From an uncultured Enterobacterales bacterium (GTDB taxonomy: Bacteria; Myxococcota_A; UBA796; CAJQPC01): DNA of 64,000 nt. This document shows, piece after piece, positions 37,888-49,124 of the stretch. The position numbers and the translations under genes were made by a program. Numbering within the stretch: the first letter of the stretch is position 1; every line of letters begins with the position of its first letter. The DNA lies in assembly GCA_964610645.1 (NCBI GenBank), contig CAZSZE010000005.1, positions 33,282 through 97,281 on the forward strand, in the 5' to 3' direction. The notes under the pieces were generated by a model. That model ran no database searches, was not told where the DNA came from, and saw only the letters and a list, made by a program, of their open reading frames with translations.

Positions 37888-38610
37888 CTAAAACCAAGCC
37901 GTCTCCGACAACGCCCCGCAGTTCACGGTGCTCAACGTCCCCTGGATCCGCCCCGATGCCAGGTGCTCGTCGGTGTCATCCGGATCATGCGGAAACGTCC
38001 CCCGCCACTCCTTCAGGTCCATTTCGACCTCAAGACCGCGGGTAGCCTCATCCCGAACGGCAATGGACAACGTGCCCTTCCAGGCGCTCGGCGTGAACAG
38101 GTCGCCGGACCAGTACCAGCCCATGCCCTGGTTCCCGTTCTTGTACTCCCACTCGCCCTCCCCGTAGGCGCACCGGGCGCGGACGATGGCCCCCAGGTCC
38201 GTCTGGAGGTCGTAGGTCTCCAAAGGCGGTCCCGAGGTGACCTGCAGGTCGATGTTGCAGTGGCCAGCCAGGAAGAGGTCGTTGGGGTCGTACTCTCCCT
38301 CCACCCCGAGGGTTACCGCCACGTCCTCACACCTCGCATTGCGGTTGGAGGATGCGTAGAGCAGGGTGGCCGTGTCGCTGTAAAAGGAAAACGCGCGGAC
38401 CAGGCTCACGGCGCCGGTGTGCACACCATCGCGGGTGTCGAGATTGCCTGTGACCATCGGGTCGGGGTCCGGATCGGAGCCCGTGTCGTCCCCGGTTTCT
38501 TCGGACGTGTCCTGTGCCGTGTCGTCCGGGTCGACATCCTTGGTGGCCGGATCACCGGTGCATGCAGCCACAACCACCACAAGCGGAAGGAGAAATAGGG
38601 ATCGGCGCAT
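37888..38610 (-). CDS. hypothetical lipoprotein
   Basis: MRRSLFLLPLVVVVAACTGD has a lipobox, followed by an acidic linker and a beta-rich body. No family was recognised. Confidence 0.6.
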   Translation of the reverse strand: MRRSLFLLPLVVVVAACTGDPATKDVDPDDTAQDTSEETGDDTGSDPDPDPMVTGNLDTRDGVHTGAVSLVRAFSFYSDTATLLYASSNRNARCEDVAVTLGVEGEYDPNDLFLAGHCNIDLQVTSGPPLETYDLQTDLGAIVRARCAYGEGEWEYKNGNQGMGWYWSGDLFTPSAWKGTLSIAVRDEATRGLEVEMDLKEWRGTFPHDPDDTDEHLASGRIQGTLSTVNCGALSETAWF

Positions 38611-38631
38611 GAAACCTCCGTGCCTCGTCTA

Positions 38632-39666
38632 TCACCCCTCCTTGGCAGAGTCCCGCAGGCCTCCCAGGCTGATTCCCTCCCTCCAGATGGCCAACAGACC
38701 CAAGGCTGTCACCGGCACAAACGAAACCGCCCAGAACACGATGGCGAACGCCTCTGCCGAGGCCTCCGGCACCTGCCAAAGCACAAGCGTCTTCTCGATC
38801 GCCACGTGAAAGACGCCGAAAAACCCCGGCGCCTGGGGCAGCAGCACGGTCAGGGCAATGGCCACCGTCGTAAAGCACGCCGCTGCATAGGGAAGGTCCA
38901 GGGAGAAGGCCTTGAACAGGAGGAAGATCGCAAAGGACCCGTTGAACCAAAGCACCAGGGACAGGCCAAGGGAGGTGCGCAGCAAGGCGACATCCCCCGC
39001 CGATGCAAAGCCCGCGAGGCAGGCATTGAGCAGGGAGAGAAGGCGGGTTCGCATCCGCTCTGAGGCGCCCTTCAAGAAGAAGGCCCCCAGCGAACGGGCC
39101 CGCTCCGGAACACGGGCCAGGGCAAAGAAGATGGACATGGCCACCAGGGCGCCAATGCCGAGCACGCCGCCGTAGAGCTGGAGGTTGTCCACGAGGGTCT
39201 GCTCCGCTGCCGTCCCCCCCAACTGTTCAGGCAGGAGCAAGACCATGGCCACCAACACGGCCACCAGCCCGAACAGGTCCGTCACCCGCTCCATGACGTT
39301 CGTGGCCAGAACCGTGGCGAGGCCCACGCCGCATCGACGATGGGCCACCAGAGCCCGCCCGATCTCCCCCGCCCGCATGGGAAGCAGCGTGTTCCCGGCG
39401 GCACCGACCAACGACGCCACAAAGAGGTCCCGGACACGTGCATTGGGGGCAGCCGGCTTGAGAACCACCTTCCAACGACAGGCCCGGAGCAAGAACTCCA
39501 GGAGCAGCAGCAACGCGGCACCTCCCACCGCCACCTTGCCGACAGATGCCAGCGGAGCGCCGATCTGGTCCCATTGGATGTCCCGCACAAACCAGATCGT
39601 CATGACCGAGCTGACCGCGATGCCCACGAGGGGCCAGGCGCTGCGGCGTGGTTTGTCGGCGTTCAC
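38632..39666 (-). CDS. flippase-like/lysylphosphatidylglycerol-synthase TM-region (UPF0104) family membrane protein, start uncertain
   Basis: ORF 38632..39939. The far N-terminus would collide with the divergent PfkB start. The GTG at 39666 gives (M)NADKPRRSAWPLVGIAVSSVMTIWFVRDIQWDQI. The LLRACRWKVVL motif is typical of this family. Confidence 0.55.
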   Translation of the reverse strand: MNADKPRRSAWPLVGIAVSSVMTIWFVRDIQWDQIGAPLASVGKVAVGGAALLLLLEFLLRACRWKVVLKPAAPNARVRDLFVASLVGAAGNTLLPMRAGEIGRALVAHRRCGVGLATVLATNVMERVTDLFGLVAVLVAMVLLLPEQLGGTAAEQTLVDNLQLYGGVLGIGALVAMSIFFALARVPERARSLGAFFLKGASERMRTRLLSLLNACLAGFASAGDVALLRTSLGLSLVLWFNGSFAIFLLFKAFSLDLPYAAACFTTVAIALTVLLPQAPGFFGVFHVAIEKTLVLWQVPEASAEAFAIVFWAVSFVPVTALGLLAIWREGISLGGLRDSAKEG

Positions 39667-39733
39667 GTGCTGAGACTGGCACAGGGGGAGCGACAGGGGG
39701 GGGATCGCGATAGTCCGTCGCCTCGGAGGAGTC

Positions 39734-40729
39734 ATGGGCATCGACGTCGCGGGACTTGGCAATGCGCTCGTGGATGCGCTGGTGCCCCTGGGGGACGAGG
39801 CGCTGCTCGGGAGCTTGGGGCTGACCCGCGGGCGGATGCACCCGGTGGACCACGAGCGGTGGGAGTCCGTGTACGCCCAGGTGGACACATCTGAAGTGGA
39901 GAGACAGACCGGCGGGTCCTGTGCAAACACCATCGCCACCTTGGGCCTTCTGGGCGCGCGGGCGGTGTTCTGTGGACAGGTGGGGGACGATGAATACGGG
40001 CGTCTTTACGCCGAGAGGCTCACCCACACTTGCGGGGGACATGCCCTGGCCGTGGCGCCGGGACAGCACACGGGCAAGTGCCTGTCGATGATTTCCGCGG
40101 ATGGGGAGCGCACCCTGGTGACGCACCTGGGGGCAGCGGTGGAACTGCCCCACGTGGGGGAATTCAAGGACACCATCCGGGGTGCGAAGGTGCTCCATGT
40201 CACCGGATACCTGCTCTTGGGCGGTCCCATGCGGGATGCTGCCTGGGAGGCGATGGAGGCGGCTACGGAGGCGGGCATTCCCGTCTCGTTGGATGTGGCG
40301 GACCCCTTTGTGGTCGAGGCGGCCGGGGACGACATCAAGGCGGCCCTCGAGACCCACGCAAGCCTCGCCTTCCTCAACGCAGACGAGGCCACGGCGTTGA
40401 CCGGGGGTCCCGCCGAGGAAGCCGCTGCAAAGGTGGGAGTCCAGACCACGATTGTGAAGCTGGGTGTGAACGGTTCCATCGTCCGTCACCGGGGGGAGGA
40501 GGTGCGCATTGGAATCCACCCGACGGAGTGCATCGACACCACGGGGGCAGGGGATTCCTACGCCGGTGGATACCTGTATGGGTGGGTGCAGGGGTGGGAC
40601 CCGGCCCGGTGTGGAGACCTGGGCGCCCGGGCTGCCACCCTCGCCGTGGGGCAGGTGGGAGCGGTTTGCCGAGATCCTGCAGCGCTGGAGCGGGCAAGGC
40701 TCGCGGCTGAGCGAGGGGATGCGGCCTAA
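39734..40729 (+). CDS. PfkB-family carbohydrate/nucleoside kinase
   Basis: GGSCANTIATLGLLG, and the PfkB signature DTTGAGDSYAGGYLYG. Confidence 0.85.
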   Translation: MGIDVAGLGNALVDALVPLGDEALLGSLGLTRGRMHPVDHERWESVYAQVDTSEVERQTGGSCANTIATLGLLGARAVFCGQVGDDEYGRLYAERLTHTCGGHALAVAPGQHTGKCLSMISADGERTLVTHLGAAVELPHVGEFKDTIRGAKVLHVTGYLLLGGPMRDAAWEAMEAATEAGIPVSLDVADPFVVEAAGDDIKAALETHASLAFLNADEATALTGGPAEEAAAKVGVQTTIVKLGVNGSIVRHRGEEVRIGIHPTECIDTTGAGDSYAGGYLYGWVQGWDPARCGDLGARAATLAVGQVGAVCRDPAALERARLAAERGDAA

Positions 40730-41476
40730 GTGAACCTCCCGGTCCAGGTGCTGGAAGCGGTGGAAAAGCGCCGGTGCCTCTTGTTTTCCGGACGCCGGAG
40801 CACGGGGGAGGCCGTGGGATCGGCCTACCCGGGCGAAAAGGCCCTGGCTCGCCACCTTGCGGCGCCGGGACTCGGGCTGGCGGAGGCGTTTGCGAAAGCC
40901 GAGGCCCAGGAAGGCCGGGCCGAGCTGGTGGCAAGGGTGAAGGCGAATCTGTCGGCTTCCGAGGCCGTTCCAGGCGCATTTCACCTGGATGCGGTCCAGC
41001 GCTTTCCCATCATCTTCACGACAGCCTGGGACGACCTGTTTGAGCGGGCAGCCGAGGCAGAGGGAGTGGAGGCCGTGGTTTCCTGGCGGGGGGAGCCTTT
41101 TCCCGAACCCGAGGAAGGCCGCCTGAAGATCCACCACCTGTGGGGGGGCTTCGCGGGACCGCAGGGGCCGGCGCTCACCGCACAGGACCGCCGGGCCTGC
41201 CCGCCGCCTTCCGACGAGCAGCGCTACTGGCGCCACCTGCTCCGAGCCCATGTGGCCCTTTTTGCGGGCTTTCGTCCGGACGAGGGAGAGTTTGAAGTCC
41301 TGTTCGACGAGCTGGTGGCCGGGTACGGCGGGGCCCTGCCCCGGACCCACTGGGCGGTGGCCCAGGGGCGAATCAGCGATGTGCAGTGGCAGAAGTGGGT
41401 CTGGCGCGGAATGTTGCTCTTCACCGCCGACCCTTCGGAGGTGACCCAGACCCTGGCGGAGAGATTCGATGCTTGA
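40730..41476 (+). CDS. SIR2_2-like domain protein (degenerate active site; putative)
   Basis: GTG immediately after the PfkB TAA. The layout CLLFSGRRST / PIIFTTAWDDLFERA / KIHHLWGG / ALFAGFRPDEGEFEVLF parallels the SIR2-like-domain pattern (LFLGAG.S / IITTNYD.L.E / KLHG / LF.GYS..D), but the TTNYD Asn is replaced by Ala. Confidence 0.4.
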   Translation: MNLPVQVLEAVEKRRCLLFSGRRSTGEAVGSAYPGEKALARHLAAPGLGLAEAFAKAEAQEGRAELVARVKANLSASEAVPGAFHLDAVQRFPIIFTTAWDDLFERAAEAEGVEAVVSWRGEPFPEPEEGRLKIHHLWGGFAGPQGPALTAQDRRACPPPSDEQRYWRHLLRAHVALFAGFRPDEGEFEVLFDELVAGYGGALPRTHWAVAQGRISDVQWQKWVWRGMLLFTADPSEVTQTLAERFDA

Positions 41477-42107
41477 TTTGCCGCCCCCCACGAAAATCAT
41501 CGGCATTGCCACCAACTACCGTCGGCACGGCGAGGAAATGGGCCGGGCGGTTCCCGCTGCCCCCCGGATCTTCCTCAAGCCCACCACCGCCCTCTGCGGT
41601 CCCGGGGACCCGATTCTCATTCCCGCCGGCGTGGGCCGCGTGGACCACGAGGCGGAGCTGGGGGTGGTGATTGGTGAGGAGTGCAGCGCCGTGCCGATTC
41701 AGGCTGCCCTGGACGTGGTCGCTGGCTACACCTGCATCAACGACGTGACCGCCCGGGCCTTCCAGAAGATCGATGGCATCTTCGGGCGAGCCAAAGGCTT
41801 TGACACCTTCTGTCCCATGGGGCCCACCGTCGTCCCGGGACTCGACCCGTCCGATTTGCGGGTCGCCTGTCGGGTCAATGGCGCCACGCGCCAGGATGGC
41901 CGCACCTCGGACCTGATCTTCCCGGTGCCCGTGCTGATTCACTTTGTCAGCTCGATCATGACGCTCCTTCCCGGGGATGTGATCGCCACGGGAACCCCCA
42001 TGGGCGTGGGGCCCCTGGAACCGGGGGACGTGGTGGAGATCGAGGTGGAAGGCGTGGGGGTGCTGTCCAATCCGGTGGTGGCAGGCAGGGCCGCGTGGAC
42101 CCCCTGA
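41469..42107 (+). CDS. fumarylacetoacetate hydrolase (FAH) family protein
   Basis: KIIGIATNYRRH, IFLKPTTAL, DHEAELGVVIG, NDVTAR, GDVIATGTP. Confidence 0.85.
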   Translation: MLDLPPPTKIIGIATNYRRHGEEMGRAVPAAPRIFLKPTTALCGPGDPILIPAGVGRVDHEAELGVVIGEECSAVPIQAALDVVAGYTCINDVTARAFQKIDGIFGRAKGFDTFCPMGPTVVPGLDPSDLRVACRVNGATRQDGRTSDLIFPVPVLIHFVSSIMTLLPGDVIATGTPMGVGPLEPGDVVEIEVEGVGVLSNPVVAGRAAWTP

Positions 42108-43003
42108 TTCGAAACGCCATTGCGGGCGGCGCCTTGCTGCTCCTGGCCCTGCTTGCAGGTCGCAGCAGGCACCGGGTTGCGATTGGCTGGGTTTGCGCGA
42201 CGATTTCCCTGGCCCTTGCGGGGGTCTGGGGATTCCTGGATCCGGTGGCCCTGCGCCACGACCCGACCTGGCCCGCGCTGGGGCGGCTCTGGGCCTGGGT
42301 GGCCTTTTCCATGCTGGCTGCAGCGCCGGTGGCACGCCTCCTGGCCCGGGGGCCTCTCGGCGTTCGGTGCGTGCTCCTTTCTGCGCTCGTGGGGGATGTG
42401 GCGGCGACCCTGTGGTTGGCGGGCCGGGAGTCCAGCCCCAGCACCCGCACCCGGATCGCCCTGACGGCCTCCGCCACGGGCCTGGTGAGCCCCCTGGCGA
42501 CTCCCTCGACCCTCTTGTTGGGCACGGATTCCTCCCGGTGGCTCCTGGTAGGGGTGCTCTGGGCGCTCTGCTGGCCTCGTGGCGCAGCGGAGCCCCAGGA
42601 GGAGACCGGGGCCATCACCCACCGTCGCTTTCTCTGGCCGGCTTTGGTCTGCCTGTTGGTGGTCGTAGGCGCTGCATCGGGGGTGATTCTCGAGGCCCGC
42701 GTGGGAATGGACCTGCTCACGGAGGGGCGCGACTGGGCCTTGCCTGCATTCTCCGGGTTGGGCCTGGTGTTGGGGGCGGTCGGCGGTGAGTCCGGGGGGA
42801 GTCTTCTTGCGGTGGCCCTCCTGGACAATGGCGATGCGCTGGCACAGGGCGCCCGGAATGTGTTGGGGGCGGGGCTGGCCCTTGGGGGGCTTGCGCCGCT
42901 GGTGGCAGCCCGGGCAGTGCGGGGGGGTTGGAAGCTGTGGCTGGTACAGTGCGGTCTCGTCGTCGCCTGGTCTTGGTGGATGGCCATGGGAGTGGGTTCA
43001 TGA
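42095..43003 (+). CDS. hypothetical polytopic membrane protein
   Basis: 302 aa, with about 8 hydrophobic segments. It overlaps both neighbours by a few nt, which suggests an operon. Confidence 0.5.
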   Translation: MDPLIRNAIAGGALLLLALLAGRSRHRVAIGWVCATISLALAGVWGFLDPVALRHDPTWPALGRLWAWVAFSMLAAAPVARLLARGPLGVRCVLLSALVGDVAATLWLAGRESSPSTRTRIALTASATGLVSPLATPSTLLLGTDSSRWLLVGVLWALCWPRGAAEPQEETGAITHRRFLWPALVCLLVVVGAASGVILEARVGMDLLTEGRDWALPAFSGLGLVLGAVGGESGGSLLAVALLDNGDALAQGARNVLGAGLALGGLAPLVAARAVRGGWKLWLVQCGLVVAWSWWMAMGVGS

Positions 43004-44637
43004 GAGCAAGTCACCTGGGCATCAGCGTTCTCCTCGGGGCCTTTCTGCTGGCGCTCGCTGGGGACAAGGGCACACCGGGCATGGTGGTGGCGGACCATGC
43101 CCTGGCTTCCGAGGCGGGGGCGGTGGTGCTGCGCCAAGGGGGAAACGCGGTAGATGCAGCCGTGGCTGCGGCGTTGGCTTGTGGGGTCGTTCAACCGGCC
43201 AGCTCGGGCCTGGGAGGGGGAGGCTTTGCCGTGGTGCACGGGCCGGGGTTCAGCGAGGTGCTTGATTTCCGGGAGATCGCGCCGGCTGCGTCCCACGCTA
43301 CGATGTTCCAGGATTCCGACGGGAATGTGGTGCCCGGCGCCTCGACCTTGGGCGGACTTGCGGTCGGCGTGCCCGGAGAGCCCCGGGGCCTGGTGGACTT
43401 GTGGCGGGCCCATGGTCGCCTGCCCCTGGCCTCGGTGGCTGCACCTGCCATCGCCCTGGCCCGAGACGGATTCTCCGCGGGGAACCACCTGCGAAAGAAC
43501 CTGGAACAGTACCCGGCTGTCGCCTTCAGCAGCCTCTGGCCCCTGGCGGACCTGGACCGGGTTCGGCGGCCGCGCCTGGCGGGGGCGATCGAGGCATGGG
43601 CCCAGACCCAGGGCCTGGCCCTGACCCGGGGAAAGCTGGCGTGGGACCTCGTGGACACGGTTCAGGCCGCTGGGGGAGTCCTCACCCGGCAGGACCTCGC
43701 GGAATACCATTCCACCCCCCGCAAGACCCTTCAAGGCAGCTACCGGGATTTGACCCTCTTGACCATGCCGCCGCCGTCCTCAGGTGGGGTGGTCCTCCTT
43801 CAGGTCTTGGGCGTCCTGGAATCGAGGGATTTCAGTGGGTTGCAGCACAACTCCCCGGAACACCTTCACCTCCTGGCCGAGGCGATGCAGCACGCCTATG
43901 CGGACCGGGCGGCCACCATGGGGGATCCGGCCTTCGTGGATGTTCCGGTCGATCGCCTGCTCTCTCCTGAACGAATCCAGGCCATTCAAGCCGATTTCGA
44001 CCCCACCCGGACCTTTGACCGGGACCACTATGGGACCCCCCTGGATGCTGGAACCGATGGCGGCACCCAGCACATCGCGGTCCTGGACGGGGAGGGGATG
44101 GGCGTGGCCCTGACCACCACCATCAACACGGCCTTCGGCAGCAAGCTGGTGGTCCCTGCAAGCTCGATTGTGCTCAACAACGAGATGGACGACTTTGTTT
44201 CCAAGCCCGGCGTGCCGAACATCTTTGGCCTTGTGGGCCGGGAGTCAAACGCCGTCGCCCCGGGCAAGAAGCCCCTGTCTTCGATGACCCCCACGCTGGT
44301 CTTGGATGCCGAGGGAGACCTGCTCCTCTCCATCGGCGCTTCGGGCGGCCCCTTCATCATCAGCTCGACCCTCCAGGTCCTGTCGAACATCGTGGACTTC
44401 GGCATGACCCCCGAGGAGGCCCTGGCCGTGCCGCGCATGCACCACCAGTGGGTGCCGGAGAAGCTGTTCCTGGACACAGGCTACAGCCCCGCCGTGCAGC
44501 CCGCCCTGGAGGCCCTCGGCCACACGGTCGAGGAGATGCCTTTCTTCAGCTCGGTCCAGGTGGTCCAGGCCACCGACGGGGGATTCCTCGGCGCCGCTGA
44601 TCCCCACAAGGGCGGAGCGCCTGCCGAGTCCCGGTAG
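43000..44637 (+). CDS. ggt: gamma-glutamyltranspeptidase
   Basis: ORF 42928..44637, trimmed to MRASHLGISVLL (ATGA overlap). Motifs: GGNAVDAAVA, SSGLGGGGF, and the autoprocessing site PLSSMTPTLV. Confidence 0.9.
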   Translation: MRASHLGISVLLGAFLLALAGDKGTPGMVVADHALASEAGAVVLRQGGNAVDAAVAAALACGVVQPASSGLGGGGFAVVHGPGFSEVLDFREIAPAASHATMFQDSDGNVVPGASTLGGLAVGVPGEPRGLVDLWRAHGRLPLASVAAPAIALARDGFSAGNHLRKNLEQYPAVAFSSLWPLADLDRVRRPRLAGAIEAWAQTQGLALTRGKLAWDLVDTVQAAGGVLTRQDLAEYHSTPRKTLQGSYRDLTLLTMPPPSSGGVVLLQVLGVLESRDFSGLQHNSPEHLHLLAEAMQHAYADRAATMGDPAFVDVPVDRLLSPERIQAIQADFDPTRTFDRDHYGTPLDAGTDGGTQHIAVLDGEGMGVALTTTINTAFGSKLVVPASSIVLNNEMDDFVSKPGVPNIFGLVGRESNAVAPGKKPLSSMTPTLVLDAEGDLLLSIGASGGPFIISSTLQVLSNIVDFGMTPEEALAVPRMHHQWVPEKLFLDTGYSPAVQPALEALGHTVEEMPFFSSVQVVQATDGGFLGAADPHKGGAPAESR

Positions 44638-44645
44638 AACGGCAG

Positions 44646-46574
<1,929 letters not shown>

Positions 46575-46653
46575 CGGAAACCTCTTGCGGTGGAAGGAGA
46601 GGACTGCGGCTACAGGGTAGGACGGGTGCAACGGGAGATCCGTTACAACGGCA

Positions 46654-47724
46654 TCACCAGCTACCCAGCGGGCCTCCCATGGCGCCAAGGTCGGCGCGGC
46701 TTCCATCAGCATCCTGGAGATCGGGCGGGCCAGCATCTACCGCGGGGCTGCCCGCGCGAAGCCTGAAGTCCTCGCCGGCGGCGTCTTCGAAGCCGGGATC
46801 AGCGTAGAGAAGGCCCTCCCCCTCGGGCCAGGCAGTGCCGGCCGAGGCACTGGCCCAGGAAACCTGCGGCCACAGCAGGTTGTACTCGTTCTCAAAGGTG
46901 TAGCCCCGCGCCTCCATGAACCGAAAGGCCCACGGGCTCCCCTGCGGAACGACAATGAGGTTCCCTCTCAGGTTTCCCTGGGGTTCGTAGAACCACTCGC
47001 CGGCGGGACCATCCTGTGAGGTGTTCAAGTACAAGGTGTTGAAGACGACTTCCCCCTTGCAGTTGGTGCAGACGACTCCGCCCCCCCCGTCGTCCGCATG
47101 GTTGAAGGCAATGATGTTGTTGGTCACGGTGGCATAGCCATGGCGCATGTACACGCCCCCAGCGATGCGGGCGCTGTTGTTCACGATGATGTTGTGGCGA
47201 ATGATCGGGTCAGCATTCTCCACGAAGATGCCGCCTCCGTGGCCCTCTGTTCCCCATCCGTTTTGAAGGGTGAAGCCCTCCAAGACCGCGGTAGAGGGCT
47301 CCTGGGCCCGCATGCTCACCACGGAACCCTCACCCTCTCCATCGAGAATGGTCTGGGCGGCACCCGCCATGGAACGCACGGTGATTCCCTTGCCGTGAAA
47401 GTCGATCCTCTCCAGGTGCAGGCCGGGCGCCACAAGCACTGTGTCTCCGTCGCCCGCTTGCTCGATGGCTTCCTGGATGGTGGAGAAGAAGAGGCCCTTG
47501 TTCTCCAGGTGGGCGACGGCCTCTCCCCAGCCGGTGTCTCCGGTCTCTGTCGCGGAGTCATCCGGGGAGGCGCCGGAGTCCGTGTCTGTAACGGGGAGGG
47601 CGGTGTCATCGTCGCTGTCCGTGTCCCCCACACGCGGGAAGTGAAGCAGGGGCCCGCCAAAGGTCATTGGTTTGCAAGCCGTACAACAGAACAACAGAGG
47701 CAGTGACAGGAAGTGCAAGCGCAT
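46654..47724 (-). CDS. right-handed parallel beta-helix repeat lipoprotein
   Basis: Trimmed to MRLHFLSLPLLFCCTAC (lipobox). Motifs: DGDTVLVAPGLHLERIDFHGKGITV, GGGIFVENADPIIRHNIIVNNSA, GGGVVC. Confidence 0.7.
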   Translation of the reverse strand: MRLHFLSLPLLFCCTACKPMTFGGPLLHFPRVGDTDSDDDTALPVTDTDSGASPDDSATETGDTGWGEAVAHLENKGLFFSTIQEAIEQAGDGDTVLVAPGLHLERIDFHGKGITVRSMAGAAQTILDGEGEGSVVSMRAQEPSTAVLEGFTLQNGWGTEGHGGGIFVENADPIIRHNIIVNNSARIAGGVYMRHGYATVTNNIIAFNHADDGGGGVVCTNCKGEVVFNTLYLNTSQDGPAGEWFYEPQGNLRGNLIVVPQGSPWAFRFMEARGYTFENEYNLLWPQVSWASASAGTAWPEGEGLLYADPGFEDAAGEDFRLRAGSPAVDAGPPDLQDADGSRADLGAMGGPLGSW

Positions 47725-47731
47725 TTCCTCC

Positions 47732-48598
47732 ATGACGAGCAAGCAGCGCGGAAGTTTCAACTTTGCTGCTTCTTTCCCCGTGGGCCTGCTCTTCTTCTCG
47801 GTGTCCGGCCTTGCGCAAGCGGGGCCTTGGGTGCACAACCAGGGCTCCCACTACACAAAGGCGTCCTATGGCGCCTACGTCTCAGAGGGGGCTCGGAGCG
47901 CCACAGGGAGCTTGGACAGTGGAGTGGAGTACCTGGGCCAGACAGCGGCGCTCTACGCGGAGGTGGGGGTCGCCACAAGCACCCAGCTGACCCTCTGGTT
48001 GCCCTACGTTGTTGCGCGAAACCAGGTGCCTGGAACCCCGGACCCGTACTTCACGGCGGGAGTGGCGGACGCCATCGTGGGGGTGGAGCGAGGGGCGCTG
48101 TTGGGCGGTGGGGAGGTTCCCGTGTCGATGCGGCTTGCAACAAAGCTCCCTTTGTACGACCAAAGTGAGCTGGAGGAGGGGTACCCCACCCTGGGCGATG
48201 GCCAGCTGGACCTCCAGGCTGGAGTCAGCGCGGGCCACGGCTGGTCCCTGGGCAGTGTGCGCGGTTGGGGAAGTACCGCCCTCGGCTACACCTACCGCAG
48301 CGTGTGGGGTTTCGGACCGGGCCCGATCCCCTTTTACGGGAACGGTCTCACCTACCATGCCCAGATCGGGCTCAACCCCAGGTGGGGCGGTCGAGAGATA
48401 GGCTGGCTCAATGCAGATGCGTCTGGCCTGGCCTCACGGGACGACGGCTGGACGAAGTCCTTTCACCAGGCCTCCCTGGGCGGCGCCCTGAGGTTGAGCG
48501 AGACCGTCGCGCTTGAAGGGTCCTACACCCGGGTCTATGCGGCGGTAGCGATGGGCACAGCCCACGCGATCTCCCTGGGCCTCTCGCACAGCCTGTAG
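47732..48598 (+). CDS. putative outer-membrane beta-barrel protein
   Basis: Trimmed to MTSKQRGSFNFAASFPVGLLFFSVSGLAQA (signal peptide), followed by alternating beta-strand pattern. Confidence 0.45.
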   Translation: MTSKQRGSFNFAASFPVGLLFFSVSGLAQAGPWVHNQGSHYTKASYGAYVSEGARSATGSLDSGVEYLGQTAALYAEVGVATSTQLTLWLPYVVARNQVPGTPDPYFTAGVADAIVGVERGALLGGGEVPVSMRLATKLPLYDQSELEEGYPTLGDGQLDLQAGVSAGHGWSLGSVRGWGSTALGYTYRSVWGFGPGPIPFYGNGLTYHAQIGLNPRWGGREIGWLNADASGLASRDDGWTKSFHQASLGGALRLSETVALEGSYTRVYAAVAMGTAHAISLGLSHSL

Positions 48599-48607
48599 GA
48601 CCGCAGA

Positions 48608-48990
48608 ATGGCCACGGTTCTGGGCGTGACCTATTTCGGTGCCCTTGCCGTGCTCCTGGTCTTTGGGTGCCACCGGTGGTGGCTCACGATTCGGTGGCGG
48701 CGCTCGTTGCCTCTGGCGAGTGATCGGGGGGATGCCACCTGGCGACCGGTCGTCACGGTGCAGCTGCCCCTGTTCAACGAGGCGCTTGTGGTCCGCCGTG
48801 CCATCGACGCCATTGGAAAGCTGGACTACCCCGACGAGCGACTGGAGGTGCAGATCCTGGACGACAGCGACGACAGCACCACCGCTCTCGCCCGGGAGGC
48901 CGCTGCCAGGTGGCGGGCCAGGGGACGGCGCATGCAGGTGCTTCACCGCACGAACCGGGTGGGTTTCAAGGCCGGGGCCGTGGGCCTTGA
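48608..48990 (+). pseudogene. 5' fragment of a family 2 (cellulose-synthase-like) glycosyltransferase
   Basis: The first ~128 aa of ORF 48608..49291 look like a GT2 N-terminus (TM helix; VTVQLPLFNEALVVRRAIDAIGKLDYP; VQILDDSDDST; NRVGFKAGA). After that the frame becomes Arg/Pro-rich nonsense and runs into the opposite-strand radical SAM gene. Confidence 0.5.
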
Positions 48991-49124
48991 AGATGTCCGC
49001 CCACGCCCTGGCGTCCCCCGTGCGAATTGCATCGATGTCCGGCGAGGAAGCGGCGCTGACAGCCGATTTCATCTCGTCCAGGTAACGCGGCCCCTACCCA
49101 AAACCAGGGGTTCTGCACTTCCCC

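Noticed and set aside
39227-41515. A very long ORF (762 aa, minus strand). Similar long ORFs occur at 2735..4192, 8612..10102, 14418..15818, 30054..32006, 33670..34638, 35415..36695, 44784..46481 and 59174..61402.
   Set aside because: All lie antisense to ORFs with clear family motifs. They are Arg/Pro/Gly/His-rich with no recognisable domains, which is the usual stop-poor antisense frame of GC-rich DNA.
48434-49072. A 212-aa minus-strand ORF starting MKSAVSAASSPDIDAIRTGDARAWADIFKA.
   Set aside because: After about 30 residues it runs antisense through the GT2 fragment with nonsense composition. At most it is a short remnant at the rearrangement junction, so it is not called as a gene.
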